A DNA stretch of 63,916 nt, filler included, from Stramenopiles sp. TOSAG23-6 (Eukaryota): assembly GCA_900128565.1 (NCBI GenBank). It is 3 parts of 3 records of this genome, joined end to end, with 100 filler letters (N's around TTAATTAATTAA, not from the genome) between each part and the next. Parts side by side here need not be neighbours in the genome. Positions count along the whole stretch, not along the records: positions 42,989 to 63,916 come from LT636032.1; 2 more parts are not named here. One strand, 5' to 3'. The notes below the pieces were generated by a model. It did no database searches. It was not told the DNA's origin and was given only the letters and a program-made list of their open reading frames with translations. Positions 56,466-63,916 of this stretch are shown here, piece after piece. Numbering within the stretch: the stretch's first letter is position 1; the number at the start of each line of letters is the position of its first letter. Position numbers and translations under genes: made by a program.

Positions 56466-56727
56466 TATTCATTCTATAACGCATGTAGATCTTACCGTGT
56501 GAGAAAGATACTCTACAACTATTATAATTATTTTGAAACCCGTATAGTACGTACGTTTTCAAAATTCGGTTTTTTTAACCGATAGATTTTTTGAAAGCCC
56601 ACGAAATCAAATCGGAGTGGCGTGAAACGTTTAAAATTTTGAAATTTTTTTTAAACCTCGCGCAAGTGTCGGAAAAGCTGTCGAAAATGTCTCAAAAATC
56701 GTTCCTCTAAAGCAAAACAATAAAACA

Positions 56728-58128
56728 ATGANAAAAAACAGAAGAAATAAACCACGCAAGGATAAGAAAAAAACTAATAATAGATACTTTAAACAGGAAA
56801 AATACCAAAATCGTAAACATCGAACGAATCAGAAAAGTTCTCAAACTCGGAGTCAACATTTTCAGTCAGGAAAATGTTCGAGTCAAACGACAGAGCCTAG
56901 CGACATAGCAGTTTCAATAGCGGCGCTTATTTCCTCAAAACCAATCGGGAATGCAAAAAATACTAGTAATATACAACGTACAATGCACGAGAGCAAACAT
57001 GAAGCGATAGAAAAATTTTCTTTATTGGAACTGGTTGATAATAACCCTTGCTGGATTGATACTTTACCAAGGGTACTCTTGCTGGAATGCTTTTCATTTC
57101 TAGGAACAGATTCTCTTCATAAAGTTATATGTATAAGATGGCAAGAATGTTTACGTTCTAAAGCTGCTTCATATTGTATATGGCATCGTATATATTTTCA
57201 TACATTTCCAACATTACCAGATTTCTTCCATCTTTATCAACATTCAAATGAAATTTCTGAATGCGATTCCTGGTTAACAGCTTGTTCTCGAAGGTGGGAG
57301 CAAGATAATCAATGGCTCAATGAATCCTCATCATGGAAAGAGTTAAAACTCTCATGGTATTCGCGTGAAGAATTGCATGTTGGTCCAGATCAGGAGTTTA
57401 AGGATATTCGTAGCGCGTTAGATTATGTATTGTTTCATCATTAAATACAAATTTATTTTTTTTACTATGAAAATTCTGTACCTAACGAAAAATTCAAATG
57501 TAAAACATATTTTTTCAGAATATATGGTGGACCTTTTGACAGAATTGTTGTACATCCTGGTCAATACAGACCTTTATTAATTACTATAGTTAAACCTGTT
57601 GAAATAATTGGTCTTACCAAAAATAATCCAAAAATGCTAGAAAATAATTTCAGAGACAACGTTTCAAACTCTAATCCAAACCCTCAAAAAGTTGAAAAAG
57701 ACAAATTTCTCTTACTTCAGGACACACCCATAAAACTCGATATTCACATTGAAGTTAAACTAAAGTCACATCAAACAGCCAGAATGGCAAATTTTCATAT
57801 TTGTTCTTCAAGCAATGCTGATTTTCCCGTTGATTCGTTATCTGGTGTAGAGAGTGTAAGTGGATGCCTGCAACTTGATGATTGCATAGTAGAACGTGCG
57901 AATGTTTCCTTGTTAAAAAAGCATCCTTCACCTTTGGCCGGTCGTCGAGATGGTTTAGGTAATGGTATCATTGTACCTTCACGCTGTATTTTCAAAAAGT
58001 GTGTATTTTATGACACAATCTGCCCAGCCACACTTGACAATTTAAGGTATTCAAAAACAATTAATTGTGTTTCAAATGAGGATGAAGTTCCATGGCCTAA
58101 TGGAGAAGACTTAGTACTACCAATTTAA
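56728..58128 (+). CDS. F-box protein with beta-helix-like C-terminus (FBXO10/11-like architecture)
   Basis: LPRVLLLECFSFL...VICIRW F-box; spliced ALDYGGPFDRIVVHPGQY. Confidence 0.7.
57427..57525 (+). other. Non-canonical intron GT-AT (99 nt)
   Basis: tat|gtattg...gtacctaac...cagaatatat|g. Confidence 0.8.
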
Positions 58129-58606
58129 AAAGTCAATGCTAAACAAATTGAATTATGTAGAGATGAAAAAATATTAGATAGTACTAAATTGTACTAAATT
58201 GTCTGGAGAAATATATTATATATAAAAAGAAAATTTGTTGTAGTACTTTTTACATTTTTTTTTGGTACAAAATTTTAAATTTTGGTATTAATACGTGGAA
58301 TAAGAATTTATCAGTTTTAGACTTTGGAAAATACTTTCGGAAAGACTTTCCGGAAAGTACTCTTTGGTACAAAATTTTGTAATTAAAATAAAAATTCATC
58401 AAGTTTCCTATCTTCGTCAAAAAAATTCCGGAAAGTCTTTTTTTTGGTACAAAATTTTGTACTTAACGTTCAAACGTCGATTTTTTTAAAATTTTCTACA
58501 GGAGCGCGCGGCAATCTGCCCCTTTTACCATTTTTTATTTAAAAATTAGATTAGATTAGATTGGAAGTTGGAACGAGTCGAAACTTTGCGTTTGAAATTT
58601 TGGAGG

Positions 58607-61485
58607 ATGCACCGTTGCTCCATTGTCATTCTTTTCTCATTAATCAGTACAGTCTTGGGCGTCCCCGCTAGCAATCTCGGCTCCAACACGTATAGTCTTG
58701 GCGATGGTGCCGGCAACGACAGAGGGTTTCACGTGCGTGTACCTGCGGGAACGGGCCCATTCCCCGTGGCCATATTGCTGCACGGCAAGGGCGGAAGCGG
58801 TACCGGAATGCTCTCTGACTTTGTCGATAATGTAGCATTAAACCCCTTGTCCAACTCACACATCCTCGTTGCACCCGATGGTAAGGACAACTCATGGAAC
58901 ATTGTGGCTGAGCCGTCAGAGCTGGACGACGTCAAATTTGTAGGCACAACTCTGGTTAACCATTTGGTGTCCTTTGCAAACGTTGAGGCAAAGTTCACGT
59001 TGATCGGGCATTCTAATGGAGCAGGTTTCACGAACCGCATCCTCATTGAGAACGACGACGTTCGCATCGTTGCTGCTGTCACCGACGTCTCGCAGCTAAA
59101 TGAGCGTCAGTACCGCAACTCCAATTTCTATATTGGAGGGACTAACAACGACTACACCACCGTCAAGAATACACTCACGGCCCGCAAGCTGCTTCAGATC
59201 ACAGGCGCACAAGATACCACCATTCCTGCCAATGGCGGGGAATCCCCTATTCCGGGTGCGCGGAATAACCCTGAGACCAAGCTTAGTTTTGTGGATTGGA
59301 AGGTTTCCATCTATGCATACGCGGTTGCATACGGGTTTAAAGCACCAGCGAATGTAACAAAGGACGACAACGAACTCACACAAATGAGCTTTCTAAATGG
59401 CAATGTTCAAGCATACAACTTCAAAACTGGAGGTCATGGAATGTTTCCTGGTGATGGTGACGCAAACTCAAAGAAAGCAACGGCTGTTGTCCTTGCTTTC
59501 CTCGGACTCACAACAACAACACCAATACCTACACAAGTTTCAAAAACCATAAAAATTGATTGGTTATCTGGATTCGGAGATGCATCAAAAAGAAAAAGCA
59601 CAGCAAATCCGGGTGATAGTGTAGAATTCTCATGGATTGGACAACATAATGTGTTAGAGCTGCCAACAGAGACAGCCTTTGATGATTGCGATCTGGGCTC
59701 TTATACCGTCGTTGGGGGTGAATCAATAACATCAAGTACGGATGCAATTACCTCTCCAGTTACTTTCACGATTCCATCAAATGCTGCAGGACAGACTATA
59801 TATTTTGCATGTGGTAAGACAGGGCACTGCACTGGCGGACAGAAGCTGGCTGTTGTTGTGGAAAGTCCTGCAACTCCAGCCCCAACACCAGCAACTCCAG
59901 CACCGACGCCAGCAACTCCAGCACCGACGCCACCACTTCCAGCATGTCCTCTTCTCAGAATCAATGTATTGACCGCAGATTGCTCTTGCAACGGAGTCAC
60001 ATGTTACAAAGGTCTGTTTTGTTACGATAATAAATGTGAAAAGGTAGCCCAGGCGGCACCAACTCCAGCACCGACGCCACAACTTCCAGAATGTATGGAT
60101 GATCCTTCAAATGCATCGATCGCAGATTGCTCTTGCAACGGAGTCACATGCTACAAAGGTCTGTTTTGTTACGGTAATAAATGTGAAAAGGTAGCCCAGG
60201 CGGCACCAACTCCAGCACCGACGCCACATCTTCCAGAATGTCGTGAGGATCCTTCAAATGCATTGAACGCAGATTGCTCTTGCAACGGAGTCACATGCTA
60301 CAAAGGTCTGTTTTGTTACGGTAATAAATGTGAAAAGGTAGCCCAGGCGGCACCAACTCCAGCACCGACGCCACATCTTCCAGAATGTCGTGAGGATCCT
60401 TCAAATGCATTGAACGCAGATTGCTCTTGCAACGGAGTCACATGCTACAAAGGTCTGTTTTGTTACGGTAATAAATGTGAAAAGGTAGCCCAGGCGGCAC
60501 CAACTCCAGCACCGACGCCACATCTTCCAGAATGTCGTGAGGAGAGGATCCTTCAAATGCATTGAGCGCAGATTGCTCTTGCGACGGAGTCACATGTTAC
60601 AAAGGTCAGTTTTTTTATGATAATAAATGTGAAAAGGCAGCCAAGGCGACACCAACTCCAGCACCGACGCCACAACTTCCAGCATGTCTTGAGGATCCTT
60701 CAAATGCATTGAGCGCAGATTGCTCTTGCGACGGAGTCACATGTTACAAAGGTCAGTTTTTTTATGATAATAAATGTGAAAAGGCAGCCAAGGCGACACC
60801 AACTCCAGCACCGACGCCACAACTTCCAGCATGTCTTCAGGATCCTTCAAATACATTGACCGTAGCTGATTGCTCTTGTAACACAGCCACATGCTACAAA
60901 GGTCAGTTTTGTTACGATAATAAATGTGAAAAGGAAGCAAAGGTGACACCAGCACCAACACCTGATGCTTCGTCAAGTCCAAACTTTACTCCTTCAGATG
61001 ATGTAACACCAGCACCAACTCCTTCCAAAGAACAGACCATAACTCCAAATCAAGATACCAAATTCCAATCTGATGTTTTGATAATCTTTCAGCAGCAATT
61101 TGATCCTTCAGCAAATTACTCCGCACTCGCGAAAGAAATTTGCGATGCAGTTCAAACAAAGACAGCTAATAAAGGAGCAACAATGACAATAATTGGGGCA
61201 AATTGTGAAAACAGTATCAAATTCCGTAGTGGTTCACTTGTAGCTGAATTCAAAGTCACTTTAGAGGCACCAGCAAAGAGTTCAGCGGCATCAATAAATA
61301 ACACTGTGCAGCTACAAGTTCTTGACCTCTTACAACAAAAGAAAGTCAATAATGGTGCCACACCAACAGTCAAGGTGAACACTTCAACAGTACAAGATGT
61401 CACAATTGTCGGGTCGTTTGCGTCACAGGCGAGTTTATCAAGTATAGTGATGACTTTGATTATTGTAGAAATTCTTATGAGTTAG
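58607..61485 (+). CDS. Secreted alpha/beta-hydrolase (esterase) + cupredoxin-like domain + Cys-rich repeats + hydrophobic C-terminus; one frameshift near 60541
   Basis: Signal peptide, LLHG.GG, GHSNGAG; HNV...YFACG..GHC..GQK; the repeat array continues in ORF 60562-61485. Confidence 0.8.
59975..60960 (+). repeat. Coding tandem repeat, 147-bp (49 aa) unit x7
   Basis: ADCSCNGVTCYKGLFCY.NKCEK..PTPAPTP.LP.C units starting at 59975, 60122, 60269, 60416, 60568, 60715 and about 60865. Confidence 0.9.
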
Positions 61486-61903
61486 TTTTGGATTATATAC
61501 ATCAAAAAAAACATACAATAAAAATACTTTTACAAAAAAAAATCTTTTATTTAATAAAGCGATAGAATAGTGGATCAGATCTCACTCGTGTATTTTCTTT
61601 CTACCTATGCGCCTGGTTGCAATTGAGTCCTGAAGCAATTCGTGATACACCATTTGCCGTACCACCAAACTCACCAAATGGTGCAAAAATTCGTTTCCAT
61701 CTAGATCTCAGATCAGTCGAGAAAATACAGTTTTCGAATTTTTACATGTTTCACAATTGAATGCTACCTGAAGTATTTTTAAATGAAATGAAATGAAATC
61801 TGTACTGAAGAAAGTATCGTCAAGTATCGTGCCGAAAAAAACTCAATTGAAAACGTTTTAGTAAAATATAAAAGAAAAATTCGTTTTTAATATACAAAAA
61901 TTC

Positions 61904-63036
61904 TTATAGGTGAGTGTCTCTTCTCCCTGAGCTAAGAATTCTCCGACGTTCTTGAAGGTACCTGAGAATAATCCGAGTCAATATTTCTTCTTCTCGTGAT
62001 TGAAATCTAGTTTGAAATCTACTATTACAAAGGTATAATTTGTAGAGTAAGAAAATTACATACAATAATCTAATAATTATTCTTAGGATTATGTATAGTG
62101 AAAAATATTTTTTTTTTTTGGTTTAAAAAAATCGTTAGGTACAAAATTTGGTACAAAAAAAAACATTTGAAATGATGAAACGTACATGAGCCCTTGTAGG
62201 AAAATAAAAAGGAATACATGCTGCCACGAAATACGAAAAAATGTAGAGGAAAGTTCATTTGCTTCAATTTGAAATAGTTGCCACTCTACTATATCGCGAC
62301 TAGTATATGGTTTACCTTGTATATTATTCAAGAATGAAGCTTTGATAATTTTGAAAAATAAATGAAAAATATTTGACATTTTTCTCGAAGCTGTTCGTCT
62401 TTTTATAGAATTTCGCAAGCTCTTCATCACATCTTTACTATCTTGGAAGAAAAGATCCACCTTATCCTCCTTTTGTGTTTGATTAAAATCGTTTCTATAG
62501 GTTAATAGGCCACTTTGAAGTTCGGTGAGAAGCTTTGGATGTCTGTATAAATATTTGCCACTATCAACTTCCCAATTATAAAGTTTTGAATCTACTTCAA
62601 TTCTATCATATTGTTGATCACTACACCCAGCGTTATCTAAACTTACAAGTGACATAAAATAATTACCCTCGCGTATTGCTTTTGAAACTTTGGGGCAAAT
62701 TCGAGCTTTGTCACGCACAGTAGAATTTATTAATACATTATTTGTAGTAATCAAATAGGTAGCCAAACAGAAGAGAGAAACCCAGAAAAAAAGCCAAAGC
62801 GATAAAGATTGGTAAAAAACCTTCTGTTCACGTCGATTGTCATATGCACGTAGGCGATAAAAATGTATACCTAAGTCAGAGTTTGTATTACTTTCTAAAG
62901 GTCTAAATAACCAGTGTTCTCGTGGGCGGAGTAGCTGCCGATATCTTCCGTATCTCATTTGTCCTTCATCATCAGTCAAAGTAGTTACTCCAAATACTCC
63001 ATCATGTGGCCTTTCATGGACACCAAATGATCTCAT
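61904..63036 (-). CDS. Hypothetical membrane protein (2 exons)
   Basis: Splicing 62091-62185 extends a TM segment and reaches TAA at 61904. Confidence 0.6.
62091..62185 (-). other. Non-canonical intron GT-AT (95 nt)
   Basis: at|gtacgt...gtacctaac...cactatacat|a. Confidence 0.8.
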
Positions 63037-63363
63037 CTCTTTTGTGAAAATTAATGTACTTGATGTATATAATGTTTAGCTTGAACAAAAGAATTTACAT
63101 CTCATAAGAATGATCAAATCCCAAGAAGCCCAAGAACCGGTAAATAATTTTAAACGTGTACTTGTGTTGACAGACAAAGAGTCTTATACACAGGTCAAAT
63201 TTTTTGTTTAGGTACTGGTACCCGGGTAACTATTAATTCTAAATATCCGTTACAAATTGTGCGTTACTTTTTCTCTCTTTCTTGTTTGTGTTTCTTTCGG
63301 TTTCTTTCGGTTCTTTTTGGTCTTTTGGATATACAAATAATTAGCGAAACAGTGAGAAAGAAA

Positions 63364-63911
63364 ATGAAACACTGTAGGTGGTATAGTCAAGCTATATTTT
63401 TATGTTTCATCATTATCACGGAAGCTCAAACACAGACAGAAATCAAGTACAGCGAACAAGGTTTTTTTTCAGTATACTATTCTCTGCGGAATATCAAATA
63501 CTGTCTTTACTCTCTTTATGACTCTTTGGACTATTGCACTAATTGTCGGTATTGTTATGAATGCAATGACTGTGCTCAAGTATAGAAAAGCATTCGGAAA
63601 TGATGGTACTATCTCACAGAAGGTTGCTGTTGTGGAGCTAACAAATACGGATGCTGCTACCAAAAACAGCTTATCAAAGCAGAAGGGCAATAATATGAAC
63701 GGCGACACCGATATTGGTCATATGGAAGGTGAACAAGGGCACAGAGTAGCCAATACATACGACGAAGACGGTAACCCTAATAACCCTAAACCTTACAATC
63801 AAGATTACGAGGATCCTCCATGGACAGATGATGATGAAATGGATCCAGGGGAAGAAGAAACGGGAGAAGAAAATAGTGTTTTTGGTGATTCGGGGCCAAG
63901 TGCTGATGATT
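63364..63911 (+). CDS. Single-pass membrane protein, 3' partial (probable homopolymer frameshift near 63465)
   Basis: Signal-like N-terminus; second frame is open to the window end (TM, then acidic tail) and ends at a gtacg donor. Confidence 0.55.
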
Positions 63912-63916
63912 GTACG

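Noticed and set aside
59975-60960. CRISPR-like array (also the LRR repeats at 22300-23045)
   Set aside because: In-frame coding tandem repeats with no unique spacers and no cas genes.

Overview
AT-rich, gene-dense nuclear DNA from a eukaryote. It is probably a flagellated protist (inference from a CEP131-like gene). Three contigs are joined by N-padded TTAATTAATTAA linkers. The window holds about 28 protein genes and a TTAA-flanked DNA transposon (DDE transposase + CCHC knuckle + DEDDh exonuclease) with long subterminal palindromes. The main signal is a family of 35 complete and 3 truncated introns (89-157 nt), always in the sense orientation of the host gene. They share a GTAYGTTTT donor, a palindrome-plus-branch-point core (GTACRAAATTTYGTACCTAAC) and an AAATATTTTT-CACAATACAT 3' end. 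Frame-restoring splicing ends them in AT (29), TT (4) or AA (1) instead of AG, with one AT-AG/GC-AT variant. The last 2 nt usually copy the 2 nt before the GT. This points to a non-canonical, introner-like intron class with AG-independent 3' splice-site choice. The one clear canonical GT-AG intron is inside the transposon. All splice calls were made by eye from frame restoration and protein motifs; no transcript data were available.
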